From assembly GCF_006345805.1 (NCBI RefSeq), contig NC_042998.1, positions 116,374,001 through 116,438,000 on the forward strand: a DNA stretch of 64,000 nt. The letters run 5' to 3'. Shown here in pieces: positions 25,570 through 38,584 of this stretch. The stretch's first letter is position 1, and each line of letters starts with the position of its first letter. The position numbers and the translations under genes are program-made. The DNA is from Octopus sinensis (Eukaryota). Under the pieces are notes generated by a model. It was not told where the DNA came from, did no database searches, and saw nothing but the letters and a program-made list of their open reading frames with translations.

Positions 25570-25775
25570 AAAGAAAAGATAATGTCTCTCCAGAAACAAG
25601 TATAAAGCAAGGGGGATCGTAGAAAACCGAAGGCGAGAGTCTCTACAGAGAAAGGAGATACGACTATTTCAAGACCTGGAAAGGCACGCTGCAGCCCGTC
25701 TGATGGAATCTCAATACAGAAAGTAGACGAGACTTTTCCAAGATCAGCAAAGGCATGCTGCAGCACTTAATGCTT
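25570..25775 (+). mobile_element. Helitron-like N-terminal repeat remnant
   Basis: RLFQDLERHAAARLMESQYRK*TRLFQDQQRHAAA, an internal repeat typical of Helitron RepHel N-termini. Confidence 0.45.
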
Positions 25776-26193
25776 AAAAATCTCCAGGCATGTTCTTGAT
25801 CCTCAGACAGAGGATAACATGTTTACATTTCAATAATTCATAACGTTTTACTGATATTTGATAAGATCAGATGTAACGAAACCGGTAATATTTTATTTAT
25901 ATAAATGTTAATATCGTTTTTTTTTAAATTCCCTCTTGAGTTAAACTGTCTTAGACTTACCTCTGCACTATTTTCAGCTCCATCTTGTATATATATATAT
26001 TCTCTAGTCTAGTGATTCTAGAGACCTTAATGGGGTGGTTACTTCTCCTGTTAGTGTATATATATTGCGCCATTCTTACACCATTAAGATTTTTTAGCTC
26101 TTATTTCTAGCAATGTAGGTCCTTCGGGACTCTCAGTTACATATAGCGACGACTAAACGTTTCTCATGTATAGTATTACATTCTGCTTAGCTG

Positions 26194-26229
<36 letters not shown>

Positions 26230-26265
26230 GAGAGAGAGAGAGGGGAGAGACGCAGAGACACACAC

Positions 26266-26325
<60 letters not shown>

Positions 26326-26986
26326 GCACACGTACATAGACAGCCAGACACAGAAACAGACAGACACACACGTACACACATATATATGTGAATACACAGT
26401 CATATACATCTGTATATATGTGTGTAATCATTTGTAGTTCTCTTTTTGTTGGGGGATAGAGCTGATTTTATTCTATTAAACAAAACATAAGAAGGTTACA
26501 ACCTTCGAACAAAATATGTTTTGTTAAAGTGACAAAATAGTTCCAAAGCAAAGAAATAAAGATGTAGATATCATTTCAAGTAATAGGTAGTTTAGAAGTC
26601 AATTAAAGCATTGTTTCAGTAACATATCCGTGAACTTTGACATAGGATATATTATACCATTTCAAAGACGTATGGGCTGCAAATATATCGATGGCAACAT
26701 ATCTATCATGTATGCACTGGTGTCGAAAAAATGCCGCCTGTTAAATTGATCGTCACCAGTTAGTTATATGGTGATTTACATCCAAACATACCTGTATGCA
26801 TAAATATATTCACACACAGACGTATACACACATACTTGCATATATCCCTAAACCTGAAAAGCATAGATGCATGCATATATATTCATATAAACATACATAC
26901 ACGTATATTCACTCTAAGGCGTACACACTACACATGCTCATACGCACACATATATGCATACGTATATAAATATACATATATGTATG

Positions 26987-27034
<48 letters not shown>

Positions 27035-27817
27035 GCATATATGTCTATGTTTGTGCATGTGTGCGTGCGTGTGTGTATAGTCATATGATGTCAATTGTTT
27101 AAGAAACTGAAATATTGCCGATTCGAAATGAGGATAATGATGACGATGATGATGATAATGATGATGGTGGTGGTGAAGGTTGTGGTGATTTTGGTGATTT
27201 GTGGCAGTGGTGGTGGTGGTGGTTGTAGTATGTATCTGTGTGTTTAGATCAATTGTATACGTCGCAAAGAACATTAAAACTCAAATTAAATTGTTTTTAA
27301 ATAGTTTCATCGTTGTATTATAGTCACACTGTTGTCTGAAAAAAAATTCCATTGAAATCAAATTCAATTTACTAATCGCTTTTTGATAGATTACAGCATA
27401 TGCCAAAAATCCTGACGTTTGCACATATGCAGCCTTCCAATCCTCTGAGCAACTTTCATAATTTATCAAGCAGGAATCTACATGATTAGTACGCAACCAT
27501 AGTTAGGTTTCTCCTCCACAGGAACGTGTGATACCAACTTGAGTAACAATTCCAAAGATATCCAGCCTAGCCAAAGAACTAATCAAATGTTCTTGCAGAG
27601 GATCAAAAGCGTAGTGCTCCCCAGAGTATGTCTTACCGCGATGTAAGAACATTACAAGCTGTATAAACATACTCAGTTGTTATTTTTTGACACTTGGTCA
27701 GTCGAAATTTGCCTGAAAATAAAGTTTTGTTTCTAAAAATTAGAATTATTTGTGAGATTTTTATCGTTATTAAGTGCCTAATTTTTAAATACATAGGATT
27801 CACTATAACCACTTTTC

Positions 27818-28047
27818 AGGCGCAAGAGTGGCTGTGTGGTAAGTAGCTTGCTTACCAACCACATGCTTCTGTGTTCAGTCGCACTGCGTGGCACCTTGGG
27901 CTAGTGTCTACTACTATAGCCTCGGACCGACCAAATCCTTGTGTGTGTATTTGGTAGACGGAAACTGAAAGAATCCCGTCGTATATATGTATATATATAT
28001 ATAGTCGATTTGCTCGACTAAAGGCGGCACTCCAGCATGGCCACAGT
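27818..28047 (+). mobile_element. tRNA-derived SINE (internally deleted)
   Basis: A-box-like TGGCTGTGTGG and B-box-like GTTCAGTC, with body and tail shared with the other copies. Confidence 0.85.
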
Positions 28048-28503
28048 AAGAGTGTAAAAGAGTACACCTTTAGAATCTAAAATAAATATGGTTCACAGCG
28101 CTTCAAAACGAATGATACACTTGATGTTTATCAGGGAATATATACAACGGAGAATATTAGTTCTGCACTATGTATGCATAAGAAGAATAAAAAATCAGTT
28201 GGATGATATTATTTGAGTTGTTTTTTTTTTTTACATTGCCGTTGGCTTTTAAAATCTTTTTGTTTTAAACACTCGATATCAAGATAAATATCTTAGCATT
28301 AATATTTATAGTTTTTGAAAGAGGGAGAAAACGAAGATACCTGCCGCTCTTTACATTAATTCAAGTATAAAATTCTGAATTTTAAAGTTGGGCTCTTAAC
28401 GTTAGGTAAGACGAGTAACTCCTTACACATGTTCGAGAGTGTGTGTGTATGTATGTATATATGTATGTATGTATGTGTGTATGTATGTGTGCGTGCATAT
28501 ATG

Positions 28504-28561
<58 letters not shown>

Positions 28562-29217
28562 GAGACAGACAGAGAGGGGAGAGAAATGGAGAAAGAACGA
28601 TCTAAATCTATAAATAAAAGCAATGAAATCCGATAAATCTGGGTGGATATATATTTATTTAACTATATAACTTCCATAAGACATCAGCCATTTTGCATCC
28701 TTTTTATGTAATATTAATGTCAGTATTGAAGTAATTGTGCGTACTTGTTGGCTTTAAAAATCGAGCTCAATACCTTAAATTTCATCGTATAATGCTGAGC
28801 ATACTTATAAACGTACAAATAATTTCTTTCATACTGAAATCAGTACTACATGAATGATGTGAAACGGCCGTAATCCTATCCAACGTCATGTAGTTAAATA
28901 AATATTTATTCTCGTCTTTTGTCTCTTCATATCATTGTTTTATACCTCCTCATCAAATGACTACAGAGAACGGAAATTTAGAATTTTCATTTACATCGAC
29001 ATACTTCATTAGATTTCTTTGTAATTAATTACCATATGGATTGATAGCAAAGTCTGTCAGAGGAGCTTCTTGTGGGAGCCGCAAGATTCTCTGAATCTAT
29101 ATCTTATGTTATTCCTATATATAAATATATTGTTGTTGTGCGTGAGTATGTGTGCGTGTGGGGGGGAGTGCGTGGGTGTATGCGTGCATAAAGAGAGAAA
29201 GGAAAGAGAATGAGTTC

Positions 29218-29536
29218 GTAGCTTGCTTACCAACCACATGGTTCCGGGTTGAATACCACAACGTGGCACCTTGGGGAAGTGTCTTCTACAAAGCCTTGTG
29301 AGTGGATTTGGAAGACGGAAACTGAACGAAGCCCGTCGTATATATGCATACATATGTGTGTGTGCGTCTGTGTTTGTCCCCCAAACATCGCTTGACAACC
29401 GATGCCAGTGTTTTCCCATCTCCGTAACGTAGTGGTTCGGCAAAAGAGACCGATATAATAAGTACTAGGCTTACAAAGAATAAGTCCTGGGGTCGATTTG
29501 CATGACTAAAGGCGGTGCTCCAGCAGGACCACAATC
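29218..29536 (+). mobile_element. tRNA-derived SINE
   Basis: Same head, body and tail as the 19283-19775 and 27818-28047 copies. Confidence 0.85.
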
Positions 29537-29889
29537 AGGATATTTTGTCGGTATTTGGTGGGGAGGAGGGGTGGCGATGTCAATGGAGGAAAGAATGGTA
29601 GTTATATGGAGGTGTGTGTGGTGGTGATGGACTTATTTTCCTGTTCATTCGGCAGTGTTAGGGATGGGTAGCACATTCATTGATTGACTTCATTTAAAGC
29701 AAGTCTATCTTGAACAAATTTTGAAGTCAACGAGGTCATTTGGTACTGCTACTATTTCTACCATTTCTTTGAGCTTGTTGACTGAATTGATAACTTATAT
29801 TTTCTTTTGGTGACATTATCTCTGTTTCTGGTGGTATAAATATTGGTTTGTTAGTTTATTTGTTTGGGTTCCTTCACTGTTCTCTACTG

Positions 29890-30740
29890 TGCTATTTTGT
29901 TTGAATTTTTTTTTCAAATTTCAGAAATGATGTTTTGATCTTATGTTTATATGATACAATCACCTCAGATTGCCTAGTTACCACGTTTTCCCAGGTTGTG
30001 ATGATTTTCAGAGATTCTTCTTGGCATAGGATGCATACCCGTGATGTTCCGTTAAATAGTGTAGCATTGTTTATAATGGACCACTGGGTCGTATGATCCA
30101 CTCACTTCTGTTTGCGCAACCAGACGATGTTTGGTAGAGATGTGAAAGGTCTTTTATTTATATTTGAAAATGATGAGAGATGGTTATGCAGACGACTTTT
30201 CATGGTGCCATCGGTGTCACTAATATACACGTATTTCTGTGTACCCGTCTTCACCTTACATTTGTACATTCCTTATCATGCAGTTCTCGTTAAAACTGCA
30301 TTCCTCTTTTCGTCTGCAGTTATAAATGATGTCGATGTTTCTGTTCTGCTTGTGGAGATAGTATTGGTGATCCTATTTCTTTTCCCTCCTGTAATCTTGT
30401 ACTCATTTAAAAAAATGTATGCATAGATTGTACCTTTCATTGTGTGATTGTTTGGGTCCGTTTTTGCTATAGACGAGCTTTTATTATTCCTGTTTCCAAC
30501 GATTTCACCGTTGGGTATAGCGTTATTAACTTCAAATTCTTCGTATTTCCCCTCTAGTGTTTGTGTATGTGATATTGTAAATTGTGAGAAGTCGCGTATA
30601 CTAATTTTACATTATGTCTTGATGAATTTGTGGGATTTCAAAGATCTTGCAAATAATTCTTGGTCTAGAAATCCCCCAAATAGGACTGTTATCTCAAGAG
30701 ACATGTGCTTTATGGAAACACGTCTTTTGATGCATTAAAT
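29890..30740 (-). mobile_element. Penelope-like element remnant (GIY-YIG endonuclease region)
   Basis: Frameshifted NCRRKEECSFNENCMIRNV, YVYISDTDGTMKSRLHNHLSSF and QWSIINNATLFNGTSRVCILCQEESLKI match the PLE GIY-YIG/CCHH C-terminal pattern. Confidence 0.75.
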
Positions 30741-30984
30741 ATTTATAAATTTCATCCAAGAAATATTATTACTATATTTATTGTATATTATATAACGATA
30801 CAGCTCGATGCAACCCCGAAAACTGATTCACCAACAGTATCATTAGACAGTGTCTAGCATAATGGAATAGGAGCTATATTTGCAAATTCAAAAACGTTTC
30901 CAATAAACAAATTATATATGTGTATGTGTGTTTTTGTTTGTGTGTGTGTGCCTCTGTGTGTGTGTGTGTTTATATGCGTGTCTT

Positions 30985-31145
30985 TGTGTTTATGTTTGTC
31001 CCCTCACTATGGCTTGACATCTGATGGTGGTGTATTTACATCCTGATAAATTAGCGATTTGGCAAAAAAGACCGATATAAGTACTAGTCTTACTAAGAAT
31101 AAGTGCTGGGGTAGTTGTCATTGACTAAAACAGCCATTTAAGGCT
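30985..31145 (+). mobile_element. SINE 3' fragment
   Basis: Matches 29365-29510 (TTTGTCCC...GGCAAAA.AGACCGATATAAGTACTAG). Confidence 0.7.
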
Positions 31146-31914
31146 TTGAATGTACAGAGAGAGACAAAGAGAGAGACAGTAAAAGAGAATCAAAACAAGA
31201 GAAGAAAAATGTATGTGAAAAAATGTTTGTGCATAAGGCGCATGCGTGGGTGTATGCTTATCTGTCTAAAAAAGAAAAGCGATAGCATCCTTATCAAAAT
31301 ATGTACGATATATAAATGATAATTTTTGAATTTCTATACTGATAGAATATTTATATAATATAACAGTGCTTCTGTAATAAATTTCATCGTTTATTTATAC
31401 TCCAAAAATATAGTGAAATCAATTTAGAAATAAAACCAATGTTCGCTACAAAGAGATGAAATACCACGTTCTAACTGAAAGATCAGAGCCAACATTTTCC
31501 ACAAAGATACTACGATGTATTTAAATTATGTTCAGAAAGTAGATTTTCGTCAATAGTAATATTTACTGTATTTTACAATACACTGTTGTTTCCAAGTTTA
31601 CAGTCATTGACCACTATTAAATTGTCGTTAAATATATTTGCGCGGGCGTATGTGTACATATGTGAGTGTGTGTGCGCATGAAAGAGAGAGAGAGAGAATG
31701 AGTGAGTGAGAGAGAGAGAGTGAGTGAGTGAGTGAGAGACAGACAGACAGACAGACAGACAGAAAGAGTGAGAGAGAGGAAAAGTGTGTGCGACTGTGTG
31801 TACATACACAGAAACACATACATATATGTATTTCTGTATGTATTTATATGCAATATATGCATAAACATTATGTATATATGCATATATATACACACATACA
31901 CACGTATATAAATA

Positions 31915-31943
31915 TGTATATATATATATATATATATTAATAT

Positions 31944-32004
<61 letters not shown>

Positions 32005-32009
32005 ATATA

Positions 32010-32065
<56 letters not shown>

Positions 32066-32145
32066 TATATATATATTATATATATATATATATATTAATA
32101 TATATATATATATATATAATATATATATATATATATTTATATATG
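31915..32145. repeat. Long interrupted (TA)n microsatellite, representative of dozens of (TA)n/(CA)n/(GA)n tracts
   Basis: Read directly. Confidence 0.95.
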
Positions 32146-32723
32146 TACATATACATACATGCATACGTTCATGCATACATTACTGCCAAAGTGTATCAAT
32201 ACATTGGTGAGTATGTGTATGTTCCCAACTTATCACGTGTTACTTTCGTTTAGTTTATTAGCCTAGTCAGGAGTAAGTAGCACTACTGACTTGATTGATG
32301 ACGTTATCATTGAAATTATAAAACCTTCTCCAATATATCGACTGGTGTATATATGTTATATATTTCCTTTAAATGAACCAGTAAACAATAGACCAGTTTG
32401 TCATAAAGTGTTGCAGCGATGCAATATAAATAATATCAAGTTATATGATAAGTTAGAAATATCAGTATACATTGAATCCTTACGTTGAATTGATTAGCTT
32501 TATAAAACAAATCATTTTTCTTTTTCATTTTCTCTTCTTTTTTTGGTGTTTTTTACACATTTCATTCTGTGCATCAAATATCCAGAGTCAATACTTATTT
32601 AAGGTTTATACTAACACTGGACAACCGCTTATCTTTCTATCATAGATATGTAGCTTTAAAAATTCAACCTCAGAATAGAATTTTTGCGGCCGGTAATCAA
32701 AACTGTGATCAATAGACGCATAT

Positions 32724-32801
<78 letters not shown>

Positions 32802-32841
32802 TACATTAAAAGCCAGGGTAAGTTTTTATAGATAGATAGAT

Positions 32842-33752
32842 GTTTCTTTATTAGCCACACGGAGTTGTACACGGAGGGGTCACATTACAAAGTAGAGCAT
32901 TTCTTTTTGGGGGAAAAAGTGGGGTAGGTTTTCGATCAAAGGGGATCGTAAAAAGAAAACGATCAAGTGGGATCGTGTATCACAGAAATGTCATGATGTA
33001 AAGTGTAAAGGGGGAAACAGATAAGGTTTAAAACGTGGAAAGAAAAGCCCACGGTAAAGACCACGGTAACCTCGGTCAATAATGTCAAATGTTAACACGT
33101 TTATTTGCAAGTAAGTAACTTTCTGTTTTAAATTTTTCCGGGTTCATAGGATTATGCTCAAGGTGGCTTCGTCATTCATACGTGCCATCCTTACTACATT
33201 CCCCCATCTTTTTTTGAAACATTCGTTAGACAAAACTTTGGCTCTCTCACTTTCCTTTTCAAGTAATACTTGAAGTAGTTGATGAGAGATTTTCCAGAGA
33301 GTAAAGTGTTTGTCTCTAATCCTTTCGCTCGAGTCCACCAGGTACATTCTTTCACCATAGCCAAAAGTGTGATGAAAATAGATTTTCCTTCCCGTTTGAA
33401 GGAAGGAAGGCGTGATAATATTGACGATAGGCTCGGCTGATAAACCGACTCGTCTCACACTTGACAGCAGTCGTTCGACATAAGTCAACAGTTCGGAAAT
33501 GGTTGGACACTTACGAGTGCGTGCAGTACGGTTTTGTTGCTCTGGCCGCATCTCGGGCAGTTCGGCACCGTGTTTCTCGAGCCGTATCTGTAGAGCTTAT
33601 TCCGAACGTGTAGCGCTTCTCGATAGCACTGCCAGGCCAGGGATCTCTGGAAATTGTCCATAGGTCCCGGCCCGAAAGTCGTCTTGAACAGGCGTATCAG
33701 GTAGTCCTCGTCGACGCCCAGGTTCGCCCCGAGATCATCGTCTTACTTCCCC
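32842..33752 (-). mobile_element. 5'-truncated Tx1/L1-like non-LTR retrotransposon inserted in (GATA)n
   Basis: Minus strand encodes SLAWQCYREALHVRNKLYRYGSRNTVPNCPRCGQSNKTVLHAL..CP (zf-RVT CCHC-type motif), then the ORF end ...NDEATLSIIL* and a 3' UTR with AATAAA. (TAGA)n lies at both ends. Confidence 0.85.
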
Positions 33753-33822
<70 letters not shown>

Positions 33823-34647
33823 TATAGATAGATAGATAGATAGATAGACAGATAGATAGATAGATAGATAGATATAGGTATTCGTCCCCGATTCTTACCT
33901 AGATTTTACTTTATCAAGGACACCCATCCCTTTTTTCTTTTGTACACTGTTTCTACTTTGCTACAAATATCCATTTCCAATGCCAATGATATCCACCTCA
34001 TCATGCTACCTGTACGAACTTGTTATGCTCTCAACATTTATTACTTTTATTAGTTAAACAACGATATATTCAACGTAACATTATGTGAAAAATGAAAATT
34101 ATATGACCTAGAAATTGCATATTTTATATTTAATACAATGCGCTGCCAAGATTCAGCTTGTCCCTTCAATCTGGTCGTCGTATTCCTGCTATTACAGGTC
34201 CTTTCGTAGAGCTAGCTAGTCCCATAACAAGACGTAAATAATACACACACGTTCTCACCGCCAAAATGATTTCCAAAATCCCAAATATATCACCTCCCTG
34301 GGAAGACTTTCTGAATATTTTGTTTGTCTTATGCAATCAGAAAGCTGCTCACATATACTGAGGTAATGCCTCATTTCAACATGGGTTCCATTTTCCTTTT
34401 ATGTGATATTCCAGTGGCGCTCCAATCCTCCACGTGGCCTGCAGGTTTTTGACAGAAAAAGCACTGAAACTGGCTAACCTAAACGAAGTTCCGATAGTTC
34501 ATATATGGCTACGTTGGTTTGATCTCTTACCAGCATGAGTTATGCAAACATTTGTGAGCGGACATTCAAGGAAGAAAGGGAAAACTCTCGCAATGCTGTT
34601 GATTGATATTAATTACGTTTACGAAATTTTCCTTTGATTTAAGTCGC

Positions 34648-34689
<42 letters not shown>

Positions 34690-35060
34690 TGTACTCTTCC
34701 GTGATTGTAAGATAAATAAAAACGTACTCCGTCTGGGGAGAGAAAAATATTATTTATTAAAATATATATGTTTGTATGCGATTTATGTGAATTTTTAACA
34801 CGAGTGGTATCTCAGTACAATCATTAAGCACTTGCAGACATAGCAAAACAAATTAAGAATTGAACGATAAGATGACAGAGAATGCGAGATATGCGAGAGA
34901 GAAGATATATATATATATATGCTATGCAATGTGGTCAGTGCCTGAAGGATGTGCTGAAACACCACAGACGTGTTAAAAATACTGCCTGGCATTCTCTCAT
35001 AACATGAAAGCAATAGTAGCACAAAATATATACTGTGTTTAATTAATAACATATACATAC

Positions 35061-35112
<52 letters not shown>

Positions 35113-35206
35113 GCGAGAAAGAGAGGGAGAAAAATATAGAGAGATTCGCATGTGTATATAAAAGTGTGTGCATATACGTCTAAAGATGTACGTGTGTGTT
35201 TACGGT

Positions 35207-36020
35207 TGTGGCGAGAGTCATTGACACGATTGGCTGATTGGAATAACGGACTAGCGGAACTCTTATAAAGGTCGGTAATACTCAGAGAGAGCGTTTTGGT
35301 AGTCTCGCGAAGGTCTGGTCGCTCTTGGACTCTACAGGTAATGTGTAACCCAGTACTACATGTTGCATGCAGAGGGTTATCGAGAAATTGGTGATGATTG
35401 GTAGGTGGTCGCGTACTCTGCAACCAAAATACCACCGGTAAAATACCTATCATGGCTCATGAAAAGGCGACAAGTCGGCAGAAGTCATTGAAGAGTTTTG
35501 CTAGATGGCCGTAAAAGTCGGTTTCTTCGTGTCGCTTTAATCTCGCGCCGAACAGGTAAGTTGCCGTAATGGTAGCTGTTCGAATTACTGTGTATTGTTC
35601 CCGTTGCTGGAATATGGTAAGGGTTCGATTGTCTTGCTCACAGCTCTGCAGTGTTAACCAGCTAGAGGAGATGTCTTTTGGGGGTTAAAGAATCGCATTC
35701 GAGCGAAGAGCAAGTGCGCTAACAAGAGTGCTTGGCACATCAGAAAAGAGTGATGTGTGCAAAAAACGAACACTACTACATATGAGTTGGGCACCAATTA
35801 CCAAACAACATCTGGCAAATGGTTGCCAGTATATAAAAGTGATAACTTAAAAATAAATAAAAATAATATTAACTTCCAATGCAAGTCAATCTCAAAGGGT
35901 GAGATGTTGTGGCGAGAATCATTGACACCCCAGGGGGATTGGAAGGATGGACTATCCGAACTCTTATAAAGAGTAATGGTCGGTAGTAGTCAGAGAGAGC
36001 GTTTTGGTAGCCTCGCGAAG
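35207..36020 (+). mobile_element. LTR-like remnant: diverged ~110-bp direct repeats starting with TG (35207-35312, 35908-36020)
   Basis: Both repeats read TGTGGCGAGA.TCATTGACAC...GAACTCTTATAAAG...CAGAGAGAGCGTTTTGGTAG.CTCGCGAAG. The interior is GC-richer than the flanks. Confidence 0.45.
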
Positions 36021-38313
36021 TATGTCATGTGAACACATTGATTCAACCTTCACTGCATAATTTGTCCATACCAACCTGTGGCAGGATATAAAAATTACGT
36101 AACTTTACGTGCCTCTCTGCAGAGCTGAGTTCAGTGAACTAAGTGAATAAACTTAATTATCTACTTGCTTGCTGCAAATTAGCAAACTCATTGGCACATG
36201 AATTTAAGCCACGAACATATTTAACACAGCGACAGAGTAACCAAGTGCAGCTCATTCCCTATAATCTGCTCTTTGTGGTAAAGATTGTGTGATTGATTTA
36301 ACACATATATCTCACAGACTACGTGGCTATGCCGTGACGTTCCAGTTGACTTGCCTTATTGATTCATTGTTTTCTATTACATACGCGTATTTGACGTTCA
36401 TGCACTAATTATTGGAGTCAGAACAATATGCAATTCATACTGTTGTAAATGTTTCACTTTCTCGATGACTTCATAGCTATTATTACATATAAGAGAACTG
36501 GTAAGTATGGGTATTTGTAATTTGTCTGTCAGTTTAGTATGCAATCAAACTAGTGTTATCTATTGAACTTAGACAATTAAATTGGGTTGTTTTGAATTAT
36601 TCACTAGATTTTCTAATGAGAGACTGCAGGCCAGAGGAAATTAGATATCTGAACACAAAAACAGGATGCATTCACATAGTTTATGATTTTCGTTTAGAGA
36701 CCAACTAATGAACTACAATAATTTCTCCAGTAGGATCCAATTCTTTATAGTAACGTATCTGAATATATTTCGGTAACTTACTCAGAAGACCAGAGTGTAA
36801 TGAACTGTATAATCTAATGTATTTCATTTTACTTTTTACTGTTTTGCTTTCATAAATAATTTAATTTCTTTTGAACCGTTATTATTTTTTTATATTTATC
36901 ATGTACAAATTATAATTCATTCGTAATTATATATAATAATTTGTTATAATTTGTTATAATTCCTTCGTACAGTTGGATAAAAATAAATATTGGTCTTTGC
37001 AAAAGTTTTAATGTTAACTGTATTTAAATTTCAATTCAATAACTTAGTTTCTATACAATATTGACGGACTTTCTGGAGTTTTAAATATATATGACATCTT
37101 TGCACTGCTTGATATAATTTTTGTCTTGCAACCATTGATAACGGTATAGGCTATATGGCTAAATGTGTATATACTTCTAACCGTATTAGAAATTTGCATT
37201 GCCTCAGAGTGCAATGAACTGATATATTCCATTTATGCATATCATCAATTTCAATACCATTATTTGTTATTTTATTGATTTGCAACTAATAGATATTTAA
37301 TATTCCCAGACTTATTAATAAGTTTCCATTGCTAATTTGTGACATCTGCTTATAGCAAATACAGACATATGTAAATTGGTGATTGCTACAGGAACAGCTC
37401 AACAGGTGATCAGTCCTCATTCAGACTAGAATATAATTTAGTTACTCAATTGCAGGCAATCTACAAGATGATCACATGAAAATGTTAAAAGTTTCAACTA
37501 AACGAATCGTAAAGATCAAAGGTCTTGATGACTAGGTATGACTCCGCGTGTTACATCTTAAATCTCCGGAACACCAGATAAAATAAAACGCCATGGTTTA
37601 CATGTGGATGATTCACGAAGTTCCACTCTTGAAACCTCGGAAACAAAGGAAGAGGGTATGTGTAGACAGATACCAATTTTCCTTTCCAAATTATTCGCGT
37701 ATAATATGTGTGTAGTCATAAAATTAAGTCACGAGCTACACCAAGAACATGTTTACGAAACTTAAGTAAGTTACATCCGGGTCTTAGGAATCAGCCAAAT
37801 GAAATAGTGAACAACTAAACGAAAATCGTCTCTACCGTTTTATGTATTTCTCGAGAAGCGATGCCATGTAACTAAAAAAAAAATTTTTCATGCATAGATG
37901 ATGAATATTTGGAACATTAAAGGCAGTGCTCTAATGTAGTCTCCGTTGCTTTAGTTTTAAACAGACTAAAGACTTACATAATTATGGAATATTCTGAGAC
38001 AATTATAACTTCCAAACTACAAAGCATTCTTTTGCTTCCGTTTTGTTAGTAAATAATTTCCGTGAGCATCGCCTTAAAGTGAAAAACGTCGATCTCCTGA
38101 AATGATATCTGTCTTGTCTCTATTCATCTTTGTCAGAACGGTAGCTGTAAACTTAGAATGTAATGGTTGATCCTGACTCTTCGAACAGCACGGTTACTGT
38201 TCCATCAGGTTTCCTATTCAAATTTTTCATTTACGTTGAGTACATAACCAGCTGTTCATTACAATCTTCCACTCTTACATTTTAATTGCTGCAGTTTGTG
38301 CACCTATTTTCTC

Positions 38314-38409
38314 TAGATTAGTTTCACCTTTCATACTCTGTTCCCTTTCCTATTTTCCCACTTTCCATATCGGTTTGAAATACATATATAAACACACTAA
38401 CATATATAC

Positions 38410-38486
<77 letters not shown>

Positions 38487-38584
38487 ATATATATATGTTA
38501 GTGTGTTTATATATGTATTTCAAACCGATATGGAAAGTGGGAAAATAGGAAAGGGAACAGAGTATGAAAGGTGAAACTAATCTA
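38314..38584. repeat. Perfect 94-bp inverted duplication around a (TA)n tract
   Basis: 38314-38407 is the reverse complement of 38491-38584. The spacer is nearly pure (TA)n. Confidence 0.85.

Noticed and set aside
26570-26748. Acceptor followed by GGIF, resembling the preceding iGluR exon
   Set aside because: An in-frame stop follows after about 10 codons, and no frame resembles the ATD.
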